This document shows positions 26,572-38,925 of a stretch of 64,000 nt of DNA, in pieces (the first letter of the stretch is position 1; every line of letters starts with the position of its first letter). A program made the position numbers and the translations under genes. The notes beneath the pieces are model-generated. The model was not told where the DNA came from, ran no database searches, and saw only the letters and a list, made by a program, of their open reading frames with translations. The DNA is from Auanema rhodensis (lineage: Eukaryota; Animalia; Nematoda), in assembly GCA_964057225.1 (NCBI GenBank), contig OZ059896.1, positions 8,556,001 to 8,620,000 on the forward strand, written 5' to 3'.

Positions 26572-28755
26572 TTAAGCTACTGTGACATCCATTTCGATGT
26601 TTGACTTTACGATAACAGGAGGAAAAATGGGAATGTATGAAGCTAATGGAATCTTTGAGATAACCCTGAAATATTTAACATATTATTATGAATGTATTTA
26701 GAAACTGACCTCATAACTATTGAGGGGAAACAGTAAGCATTATAGTCGTCACTAACATCTTCTCCACCTTTACTATCTAATCCTCTTTGTTTAGATGTTG
26801 CTCCTAAATACAAATTTTAAAAGATGAAGCAAAGACAAATAAATCTACCTGGAACAGTGTTATCTAAGAACACAGCTATACAACCTCCAACTAACATTTT
26901 TATACTCAATAACATATTAAATACACTATCCCATTCTTTTTGTCCTGTTGATATTGGATCTCGTTCAATATGTCTAGGTATAACAAGTCCCAGCATTAGA
27001 GCCAGTCCCATTATTGCCAGATTACGAGTTAGTGTTAGATCAACTTGCTGAATGAATTATTTTCAACTACAAAATTAAATTCTCTACTATATACCTGTAA
27101 ATTACTTAACGTTACACCGGCGATCATTGATATTCCCATGGTTAAAACTCCACCAACTAAAGCATCAGGTATACTGGCCAGAATTGCGGCACATTTAGTA
27201 AAAACTCCGAGTAGAATTAGTATTAATCCAGCTACCTGCATGGTACGACGACTGGCTACCTTAAATTAGAACATATTCTTACGATCATTGGATTTATAGA
27301 GATGATTTTGATATGAAATATTTAAAAAAATTACTTTTGTTATATGAATGAGTGCAATATTCTCAGAATATGTTGTAACTCCTGTTGATACACCCATTGA
27401 AGCTGCAATAATACTTCCAACTCCTAAATATTTGATTGCTTTATATCAAAACTTATTCTTTATTCACCTTCCACCATGATTGCTCGGTTAACAGCATGTC
27501 TAGGGGGCGATTTTTGCTCAGATACTCGTGCTGCTAAATCATACGATCCAATATTCTCAATCATGCTTGAGATACACGAAGCAACATATCCTAGACATAA
27601 ACCAACACTCAATTTTGGGAAACCAAATTGGCCTGAATACTTTAATTGTATTATTTTTTAAATAACTTATTACCTGGATAAGGAATTTGAATCCATGGAG
27701 TTTGTTTTAATACGCTTAAAGTAGCATTTTTATCAGTTCGAGCTTCACCATTTACTGGTTCCAAATCAGTAATTGTCATAATATAGCAGATTGCCCAAAC
27801 AAGTGCTATACTAACCAAATACTTAATTAATTTATAAATTAATTTTATATTTAATAATATGCATTTATTACCGGAAATTGTCCAAATATTGGCAATTTTT
27901 TAACGATTAATGATTCCTTCTTCAATGAATAATATGGAAATGGTACACGTACATTTTCCATATATATTGCCATTCCAGCGACACATATAAGCATTCTATA
28001 TATTTAATAAATTATAAAATATATTTTGAAAAAACAAACAAACTTACACTATAGATATCCAATGTAGTGATAGCTTTTCTTCCATTGTTGGAACAATACT
28101 GATGGTAAGCAATAACATCAGTGGTGTTATAGTTATTGGACCAACAAACATTGAAAGAACTCCTGCTATACCAGTAAATCCAATAATTACAAAACTAATA
28201 CAAGCTATAACTAAGCTTCCACCAATCTATAATTATAATAGAAATATACATATATATTCAAGAATTTAAAAATAAAATTTAGAAACAAAATTATACTTCT
28301 TGAAGCTTTTCCATCCATATATCGGGATCTACATATTGATTCTCGTCAATATTACATGGGTTCAAAGCTCGGTATGCTAGTAATGGAGGTAGAAATGCAA
28401 TAGCAGGACCGTGCAATAACGATAATCTGATTGTATTGATTATAACCAGATTGCAACTTGCAAATTACCGTAATCCAAAGGTTGTTTGAAGTACGGTAGC
28501 TAATCCCGAAGCAACAAAAGTGGCAGCTATCAGTTTTACACGCAACTCTATAGTGGCTTCCCCAGCACATACACACTCAGAAACAATAAATGGATAAACT
28601 AGTAAACCTGATATACAAAGCATTGCTTGCTAAAGAAAAAATATTAAAATGATCTAAATCTCTGGCAGATCAACCTGAAATCCGAACAGCAGACATGAGG
28701 ACCATGATGGAATATCTTCGACTCCAAGATGAAGTCGGCGTTCTGATGAAGTCAT
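26572..28755 (-). CDS. SLC23 / nucleobase-ascorbate transporter (NAT/NCS2) paralog 1
   Basis: MTSSERRLHLGVEDIP...FGFQQAM...ATFVASGLATVLQTTFGLRLSLLHGPAIAFLPPL...GVTTYSENIALIHITKVASR...IPDALVGG...LDNTVPG. Multi-exon with GT-AG introns. Confidence 0.93.
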
Positions 28756-29968
28756 GAAAGTTTGAATGACAGAAAATAGACAGAAGTGCTTGAATTTCAC
28801 TGGAAAACCTGGAACGTTGTCGAGTTTGGCGAATGTGAAGGAAATTTTTTATATATATGTCATTGAATAAATGATGAAAGTACTAAGGATTCATTCGACA
28901 AAAATAAAATTTATAAAATCTATACGTCACAATGGTTAACAACAATTTTTTTGAAAGCAAAGAAAGACGGTTAATGATGATCTGAAAAGAAAAGAAAAAA
29001 ATGCGGTTGGTTTGAAGGGAGGGAACGGTATGATAGTTGTAATACGGACTACATGTAAGGTTCGTTCAATTGAACAGGAAAGACACCGATTGCAGGGAGG
29101 ACGTTTGGCTATAAGCCTCTCAGGGTTCAGAAGCGGGAGTAAGAAGTCATTGAATCAATTAGGTCAGTGATTGGGTCGGAATCAGTTATGACTACAGTTT
29201 AATTCATCGAACTGTAGATCCTTATTTATTGTAAAGCTTAGCAACCAGCTCATATAAGGTTTTATTCATGAAAATAAGATAAAACTTTATCTGATTAGAT
29301 TAAAAGAGTGACAGAGAAAAGAAAATGAATAGGTGAAAAAGAAAAAGAAACGAAATAGAGAGGTTAATGAGGAGTGTGAGAGAGAATAAGAGGGTCTTTT
29401 GTCTTTCAGAAATTGTATTGTTTTTTAATTGTCTTGATCAGTGTTATAAACACTGAAAAAGTACAGTAAATTGGTAAATCAAGATAATTAGCGAAGAGGA
29501 TAAGTTAGTAATTTTCCGTTTTCGCTAATCATTTTTCTTTTTCTTGTCTTACTCTTCTCTTTGAATGCTCAAGATTTTTTTTATTACATATAGTTAGAAT
29601 AGAAAAAGAAATAGTTGATGAAGATAATAGAGAATAAGATTTGAATGGGATCATAAAGAAACGTTTTCAAGTATTGTTAAGAATATGAAGAACAACAGTT
29701 GATGTACATATGAAAGAAAGAAAGATTCAAGAAAAGAAAATAAAACTTTAACAGTTGCCATAATTGGTATCAGAAGCTGTTAAAAACGAAATGGATCATT
29801 TCATCACTGTGAATTCTGAAGAAGAACCATGTCTATATGTTCTTCTTTGCTACATTATGACATAGTCATCTTCTTTTCTTTCTTAATGATTCTAGTTCAG
29901 AGGAAAACGAAAGGCATGAAGAAAAACGAATTTAGGGACAGACAGAACATAAATAATTTGCACGACGA

Positions 29969-30043
29969 TCTCTCTCTCTCTCTCTCCCTCTCTCTCTCTC
30001 CCTCTCTCTCTCTCCCTCTCTCTCTCTCTCTCCCTCTCTCTCT
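29969..30043. repeat. Imperfect (CT)n microsatellite
   Basis: Direct dinucleotide run. It generates the spurious SLSL/ERER ORFs. Confidence 0.9.
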
Positions 30044-32730
30044 GCTTTAATGATAGAAAGGCAGCTTTTACGTGAAGCCGATTACAGGAAAGGTGAGAGC
30101 TGCTGCTGTGAGATGAATCTAGTTTTGGCAATTGGACGAGAAAAGGTGTGAACGAGATACCTCCAGTATTCGGAAAAACGTGAGAAAAGATAAACGGTGA
30201 ACGTAGCTGTGAATCAAGCTCATCTTTACTTTTACTAAATAATATTTTTTTGTTTTCAAAGAAAAACAAAAGGTCTGAAAAAGAAATTGAAATGTTTTGA
30301 AGAATGATATGCATCAGTGCATATAAATTGAATTAGAAATAAGATAAGAAAATCCTATGATATCTGTAATATTTTCGAAAAGCTCACAACCGGTTTTAAG
30401 CAGAAGTTCTTTCTTCATCTTTCGTCCTCTCTTTAAGTCGATCTCTTCCTCTTCATTGGTTTCTTATTCATTATATCTTTATCGGAAAATATTTCAAGTA
30501 ATATCACTAGTATATGACAAATATTAATAAGAAAATCTGTGAAACATTCGTCTGTGTTCCAGTTTTCGCTTTATATTGCTTTTCAAACTCAAAAAAAAAA
30601 GATAAATGAAAATATCAGAAATTGAAGACGAACAAAAAATTCTAAAGAAACACAAAAAGTATTTTCTTAAGCAATTTTTTACAAAAAAAAAAAGAAAATT
30701 ATTGCTTTCATTAAATAAGAATAAATCATAACTGTGACACAATCTATGATTGCCATTTTGATCATTTATCACACAAACATGAATGATGAGAAGTTAAGAA
30801 ACAATTTGTTTTGAAGAGGAACGGCACAGATTGCTAAATATTTCGGTAAATGGAGAAAGGAAAGGGGGGGGGGAGAGAATTGGTTATAATGTTTAAAAAT
30901 TTTGAGTAAATGAGGCTATTCTACTACTATTACAACTAATTTACCAGCACTAAATTTTATAAATATTGTTAAAGTGTTAAATTATAGTTGACAAAATTCC
31001 TTTTTATAAATATTATATAGCGAATCTGTAAAATAAATAGTTTGTCTATCAAACATCATCAAAAAAAAAAATAATCCCATATTAACAATACTAGAAAGAG
31101 ACAAATATTTTTTTAAAAAAAAATAATATGATAATGAACTAGATACTGTGAAAACAAGAAGCAATATTTTTAAAAAATTAACGTAAATATTTGAAGAAAA
31201 TAATATAATTAATATAAATTATATACTATATTGTGGTAATATAATAATATAATAAAAATATATTATAAATAGTATAATATTATAAATTATAATATCTATT
31301 ATAATATTCATATGAAATACAATAATCATAAACTTATCATATTTTAAAATAAACTTTTTATGGGAAAGTTCAAAAAAAGAAAGGCGATTTCTGAACTAAC
31401 AGAAAATATCGTTTTGCTAATTTCTGATTATAATGTATGTGTGGATGGTCAAATGTCGTTCAGAGAGAGGTGGGGAAATCATCATAAAGTGTTTATAAAT
31501 ACAAAATAACATACTAAATGAAAGAAACAAAGAGGGAAACATATACATGACTATAAAGAAAGAGAGAGAGAGAGGGAGAGAGATAGAGAGAGAGAGAAAC
31601 AAAAAAAAAACGAAAGAATGGGTGTGGTTCTTAAGTTTGACAAGAAAAGAAACCAACTAAAAAAGTTGTTAAGGGTAAAAGTTTGTTGTAAAAACTCAAA
31701 AACAAACAACAGATTGATAGAATTCGGGAATAAATTGGGAAGTAAACAAGTTCCAGAACGGACAATAAGCTTTGAGCATACTGTAAACCAAGATGCCTCC
31801 ATCAGGATGGATCATTAGCACGTTATCAAGATAACGAAGAAATAACAGAAAGAAAAATACTTTTGAAAAGAATGATGCATCATGTAGTCACATAGATTTA
31901 TATGAATTTTACCTAAACTAAACTATTTGAAATAGATAGATATGAGTTATTGAAAAATATAATGATGATGATGATGATGAAGAATTATAACTCATGATTG
32001 TACTATATAAATAGTTTTAAATCATATAATTAACAAGGAATTAATGTTTGTTTTATACAAAGATATTGAATGATGAATATGAGTTGATCATATAACTACT
32101 ATAGAAATAAAAGAAATTAAGATGATGTAATGTTTAATTTGTCTTAAATGGAAAGTTGGTTTGAAGATTTTCTCTATTGTTTCAATCTTTTTCTTCTATG
32201 TCAGACTTACTTTTTACCTCTCTCAATTAATCTTTCCTTTTTTTACAATGTTCTCTCATGTTAACCTGCTATTCTTACTCCTCCCCCCCTCTCCCACCTC
32301 TAGCCACGTTTTCATTCTTAAACTTTGTGTATTTTTTTTTAAAATTCTTCCTTTATTCAATGAATAGTATAACGATAATTGATCATGACCGTTTTTCAAT
32401 TTAGCGAAAGAACGATTGATTACTTACTTGATACATTGATTAAATATTGGAAAAGTTCAAAGTTGCTTTTAAGAGAATGCTTGATTCCTATCAAATGTTC
32501 TATTAGATAGAGTAGTTTCTTTATCATTTTTGTGACAATAAGCCACAACGCATTCCGTCATGCATCACTTCCTAACATATCGCACACCTGAATCAGCGGT
32601 GGCTATCAACCTTATCTATTCAATTTCACTCTGATATTCATCTTTTTAGAATTTTTCCATATTATTTCATGTAATATTATTTTTCTTTTTTTATAGTTTC
32701 ATTATATTCATATATATATAATATATAATT

Positions 32731-34632
32731 ATGAAGCATTGCTTAATTTGTGAACGCGAATATGATGGAACGCAACATATGGGATTAGAGGTGAATATTC
32801 AAAACTTTTTTTTACAACTTTTAACATTTGATAGACATGTCGTGCATGCTCCGCTTTTTATCGCAGATGTATATTTTCAAATAAAGTTCGCTTTGTTTGC
32901 CGTCGACGATCCAATAACTGCAATTTAAATAGTAAATTCGCCAAAGAAAAATATTTCGTTATCAAAAAACTTTTTATCAGCTAGCAGAAAAGATATGTGT
33001 CAGAAGTGCAGATTCGATAAATGCAAACAAGTTGGTTTAGAAGTTGGATGTAGGTTTATTTAATCATTATATCTGTATATGGTTAATAGATGGATCACGA
33101 ACGCGCCAGACCCAGATCACAAAATCTGCTGCAAGCTCATCATCATCATCAGTAGTTTCGACGTCACTACAGCCAACATCAATGTCGCCATCATCATCAA
33201 CTGCATCATCATCCGCAGCGGCAGTAGCATTATCGTCATCGTATGCATCAACAGCACATTCAACATCAACGTGGATGTCCAATCCAATCCACCACACAAT
33301 ACGTGAGGTTTGATCCGAATATACTTGAGAAATCTCCAAACAAACATATCATCATCTGGTTTCAGATACATTCTGATAATTCCTGTTTAAACAGAATACA
33401 TAACTGTTATCAGTAAGTGATCTTATCTTATTGTCTTAAGAAATTAAAAATAAATTTAAAGAAGATTATGCGATCGTCGCTGGACAATGGAAGCTTTACT
33501 CAGATTCAACACACAACCCATAACAAGAATAATGAATAATAAGGTAGAAAGTGAGAAATGAAGACTTTTTATAAGATAAATCATGTTGAAGGTATATTCA
33601 ACTTGTACGGAAGCACAGTTTAATGAAATTGTTCATGCTCAGGTTGTGTATTTAGAAAATAGCAAAAGCCTAAAACTTATTTTAGGTTCCTTCTGTAATG
33701 GATTTTCTGTCTGAATCATTTCTTGATATGTATCATTGTACTGTAGATGAAAAAGTAAGTTTATACATGTTCAAACTTTCCAAAAAAATATTTTTTTTGT
33801 ACTTTATATAGTTAACTTTTAATATTTTCAGGTTGAACTATTACATTCATGTTTATGTGAATTTTGGATATTAGATGTTGTAGTTAGAACGACAAAACTA
33901 TGGATATCAGAATCAGAACCAGATATTACTAACATGTAAAGCCAAAATCAATTTAATTATAAATATACTATATGTTTCAGAATATTAATAACTTTAAGAT
34001 ATTATGTTGATTGTCGTAATTTGGAACAACTATTGGAGCGACCAGTTACATTACCAGAAAAAGATGTACAACAGATAATCGGGTAAGTTTCTAGCATTAT
34101 AATTCCAAATATTATTTTTTTTTAGAATTACTGAACGTTGGTTTTTAAATAATAAAGGGATGATTACTGAAATTGTTAAACAAAAACTTTATGAATTTGA
34201 AATAGATGCTCTGTTTGGTTTTCTAATATTTTCAAAAAGTATTAATCTTCTTTTTTATAAATTAATCTATTAAATATTTCAGAAAATGTATTTAATTCTC
34301 TGAAATTACAAAATATTGCTGAAACAATTCAAAATGAAGTTTGTAATGATCTTCATAATTGCTATATGTTTGTTAATTTTTAACAAAAAAAAATATTGAA
34401 AATACTTTAATTTAGGCAACAAGATCATAAAAATTATGCCAGAAAACTACATGATTTGATGATATTAATTATAAGAATTAAGGTTTTTTCTTTATATTTG
34501 TTTGTTTATTTATTTATTTATTTACAGGCATTAACAGAAAAAGCAATAGAAGAAGTACATTTATTAAATTTATTTACAGGAGTTAAAGATAACGGATTTT
34601 TTAATAATTATATAGCATCACTTAATAGTTAA
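32731..34632 (+). CDS. Nuclear hormone receptor (nematode expanded NHR type)
   Basis: C4 zinc fingers MKHCLICEREYDGTQHMGLETCRACSAFYRR...C...C...MCQKCRFDKCKQVGL, with a CRAC P-box typical of the nematode HNF4-derived expansion. Ser-rich hinge, followed by LBD-like exons ending NNYIASLNS*. Confidence 0.9.
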
Positions 34633-34663
34633 TTATTATAATTTATATATTAAATATTATAAT

Positions 34664-37015
34664 TTATTTAATTAAAATATTTGGTTCTAAACCATTTGAT
34701 GATGTTTGTGTTGATGATAAGAATGGTAAATAAGACAATATTGGATATCGATTAATAATTCTGAAAATTTCTTTTTTTTTTCTTTTTTTTTTTAAATTTC
34801 ATATTTATACCTTATCATACATTCTGGTAAAGCATAACCATCATCTGTAAACATCTCATTATCTTGTTCATTGTTTGGATCTGGAAATCCTCTTTGAACT
34901 TTTGTTGCTCCTAAATATATAATTTTATTTATTATTTATAATATTTATTTTACCTTTTACTAAATTATCTAAAAGAAATGCTGTTAATCCACCAATTAGC
35001 ATTTTAATTTTTAAAAGTACAGTTAATACATTATTTAATGTATGATTAGCTTAATTATATTTTTAATTAATATATATATTTATAAATTATATAATATACG
35101 TGTCTGAATCGGATTAAGTGTTACATATTCCGGAATAACAAATCCAACAAGAAGCGATATTCCCATTATAGTTAAGTTTCGTGATATACGTAAATCAATA
35201 TGCTAACAGGGATTTGTTATTATTTTCTGTAAAACAAGTAAGAACTAACCTGAAGATTTGAAAGAGCAACACCAAAAATCATAGACATTCCCATTGCTAA
35301 TATTCCTCCGACAACAGCATCAGGTAATGATGCTAATACAGCAGCACATTTTGTGAAAAGTCCCAGTATTATAAGAATAAGACCAGCAACTTGCATAGTT
35401 GCTCTGCTTGCAACCTTTATGTATGTATTTTCAGTTATAACTATATAAACTATGAACCTTTGTAACATGCATTATAGCAATGTTCTCAGCATATGTTGTA
35501 ACTCCTGTACCAACTCCCATTATTCCAGCTAACATGCTACCAACTCCTTAATCATCAGAATTGTCATAATCTATTATTGTTTTTAATGTAATTTGCTATA
35601 ACCAACCTTCAAATATCATAGCTCTATTAATACTTGAAGGTGGTGGATGTCTTTGATGACTAACTTTAGCACACATTTCATAGTCACCAATTGATTCCAT
35701 CATACAAGCTAAAGTTGAAGCCAAAAATCCTAAGCATAATCCTGGTGAGATGTTTACACTTCCAAATGGAACTAAATTTAAATAATTTGATCAAACATGG
35801 GTTACTGTAGTTTGCATACATGGATATGGTAATTGAAACCATGGAGACTCGCGGATTACGGTAAGTGTAGCATTCTTGTCAATACGAGCTTCACCTTCAA
35901 CAGGTTCAATATCAGTAACAGAGAGTATATAGCATATTATCCAAGCAGCTAGAATACCAATAATATACTTGAAAAATTAAAAAGTTAAAAAAAAATGATG
36001 CAGCTTACAGGAAATTGTCCGAATAATCGAATTTTTGTCGTTTTAATCCGTTTTTCTGATATTGATATGTAAGGTATGGGTACATATACATCTTCTAATA
36101 CTAATGTTAATAAAACCAAAATAGCATATTCTCTATAATAATTATAAATATATTATAATAATAATATATATATATCGATTTATTACATAGTTGATATCCA
36201 ATGAAGTGATACTTTTTCCACAACTGTTGGTACATTGCCAAATGTTAGAAGCAATAACAGTGTAGCTATTGTAATTGGTCCAATATATCGTGCAAAAAGA
36301 CCAACAAGGCCTGTTAATCCAAGAATAATCATTATAAAAACAGATGATAATAGTGATCCTTGAATCTTAATTCTATGATTGAACTATGTGAATTCATTAT
36401 TGTTTGGATTACTGTTGCAATTCGAGTGTTCCAGTCTGCTTCCGGAACATATGTAGTCATATCAGCTTTACATTCATTTTCTGGTAAAGCAGCATATGCA
36501 AGTAGAGGAGGTAGAAAAGCAAATGATGGACCATGTAAAATACATAATCTTAAGATTTTTTTTTGTTTTTGTTTTTCAAAATTATAATTTTATAAATAAT
36601 AAGTAACCTTAAACCAAATGTTGTTTGGAGAATTGTTGCAATACCACTTGTAACGAATGTTGCAGCTATTAGTTTTACTCTAAGAAACATTAAATTTTTA
36701 AAATTTAAAAAGAAATATAAATAATAAACGAATGAATACCTTACCTTAGATCTATAGTTTGCGTGCCAGCACAAGCAATATTTGAAACTAGAAATGGAAT
36801 AACTAATAATCCTGAGACACATAATAATGATTGCTGAAAGTTAAAGATATTTTTATTTAATTTTAAGTAAAATATACTTGAATTCCATATAATATGAGTG
36901 AACTGCAATTGGGAATATCATTAACAGAATAATGAAGAGATTGTCTTTTCGAATGTAAAGGTTTATCTTCAGGAATTGAAGATGTTGATTCACTTATATT
37001 TGAAGTTATTGTCAT
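34664..37015 (-). CDS. SLC23 / nucleobase-ascorbate transporter paralog 2
   Basis: MTITSNISES...LHYSVNDIP...ATFVTSGIATILQTTFGLRLCILHGPSFAFLPPL...GVTTYAENIAIMHVTKVASR...LPDAVVGG...LDNLVKG, ending EPNILIK*. Intron positions largely match paralog 1. Confidence 0.93.
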
Positions 37016-37093
37016 ATCTAAATTAACTTTTAAAATATAAAAATTGAATAAAGTATTAACTATATATATATAGTTAACACTTTATGAACCATT

Positions 37094-37235
37094 AAACAAA
37101 ATAATATAAAACTGGTTTTGATTCATATAATATTTATTTAAAAAATTATATAAATACATATCTATACATGTATGTATATAATTTTTTAAATAAATATTAT
37201 ATGAATCAAAACCAGTTTTATATTATTTTTTGTTT
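37094..37235. repeat. Long near-perfect inverted repeat (fold-back, ~55-bp perfect arms)
   Basis: AAAATAATATAAAACTGGTTTTGATTCATATAATATTTATTTAAAAAATTATATA is followed after a short spacer by its exact reverse complement. Confidence 0.88.
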
Positions 37236-38925
37236 TATTTTTCTTAATCTCTATCAAACTAATATAGTACACACAAAATAAATATTATATTGATTATTAT
37301 ATTTTATATTCATTTTTATAAAAAAAAAACACAAAAAACCTAAAGAATAGTTTAATACGATAAAATATTTTTATCGTAGTCATGTACTTATATGTACGAT
37401 AAGTATCAAAGATTAATGTAATGACTCAAAAATTAAAGTTCTTACCTAAATTTAGATTTTTTTTTAATCAAAATAAACAATTCACTCGATTCTTCATTTG
37501 TAATCTAAATTTCGAGTTAATAATGATATACAACTTTGTGTATTCAGAGGGGGTTGCGGGGGTTGAGTGTTATCTACTAGATTCGTAGTTTAAAAATTGT
37601 TCAACTTAACTAATTTAATAGTTTAACTTAAATAAATTGAAAAAGTTTTTTTTCTTGCCAAGTTTAATGATAAATTTTTTTTTTCAGTGATCATATGAAT
37701 AATTAGTTATTTTTTATTATTTGTTGTTACCTGAAACTTTATGCAGTCGCCACATGTCGACTGATAACATAGGAGGTTAAAAAACAAAAAATAAACTATT
37801 TGTTCTGTTATCCATGTATCTAGAAAACTATTTTGTTGACCCAATATTTCAAAAAGCTTTCCCTTCTTTTTTTTTCCAACTTTCTGAACAACATATTAAG
37901 CTTCTGAATAATCCATAGAATACCTATGAAAACATTTTTGACATAAGTTGACTTGAAACATGATTCTTGTTACAATTGTAAAATATACATATAGTATATA
38001 TAGAACGATTTGTTTTTTATTTTTAATAATATATAACATCTGTCATATATTATTTCAATTTATACTGTATAATATACAAAACAAAACAACAATAAATTGA
38101 AATAAAAGGTTTTATTAAAGTGAAGAAAATGACGAATAATAGCCAAATCAAACAAAAAAAACCAGATAATATCATAATAATATTTTAAAATAAAATATTT
38201 ATTAAATATATGTATCTATATCATCTCTATAAATCAGATTTATACGGAATGAATATAATTAGGAAAAAGAATGGAAATCATTCAACTGAGATCTGAGGTC
38301 TGAGTTAAGAGCAATTATTTCCTCTTAGGTTTTATGACCTTTTGAGGGTCGAAAAATAAAAGATTTTCTTTAGACAAGTGAAACATCTTTGTAGAAGAAT
38401 TCACATGTATGGAATGAGTTATTCGAAATTTGATAAATAATTGAAAACATAATCTCGAATAGAAGGGGAAGAAAGGGAGGATGAGAAGGGCAGAATAAAG
38501 TATTAAGAGAGTTATCGGGGCATAAGAAGAAACTAAGGGAAAATAGATAATAAGCATCAGTAAAGTTAGGAAATAAAAGAAATAATTAATTAAATAATAT
38601 TAATTATACTAATTATACAAAAATATTAATAGAAGTATGTAATTGAAGCTTTAAATCACCGGCCATATAAAACCATTTTTCAGTACAGAAAAGAATGTAC
38701 AGAGAGGGAAAAAAAGAAGAAAAAGAGAACGAAAATTTGGAGAACAGGGGAGAGAAAGCAGCCCGTACATTTGGTCTTAATAAGCACCATTCTAAGCTAT
38801 TCAGATTCCAAAATCATTTTTTGATCCTAGTAACATTATCTTGACGGGAGAGCTTAGAAGATTAAAATAAATTAAAGAATTAGCGAAATATTAAATAATA
38901 TTGTAAACGAAAAGAGAATATTATT

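Noticed and set aside
26824-27661. Plus-strand ORFs over SLC23 paralog 1 (similarly 21444, 36360, 38953, 61740)
   Set aside because: They are antisense to well-supported coding exons.
29829-31802. ORFs rich in SLSL or ERER repeats (also 40460, 51831, 53924, 56444, 57381)
   Set aside because: They are translations of (CT)n/(GA)n microsatellites and low-complexity sequence.
33067-33371. Overlapping minus-strand ORFs (Asp-rich, Met-rich) in the NHR hinge exon
   Set aside because: They are antisense shadows of the TCA/GCA-rich Ser/Ala tract of the NHR.
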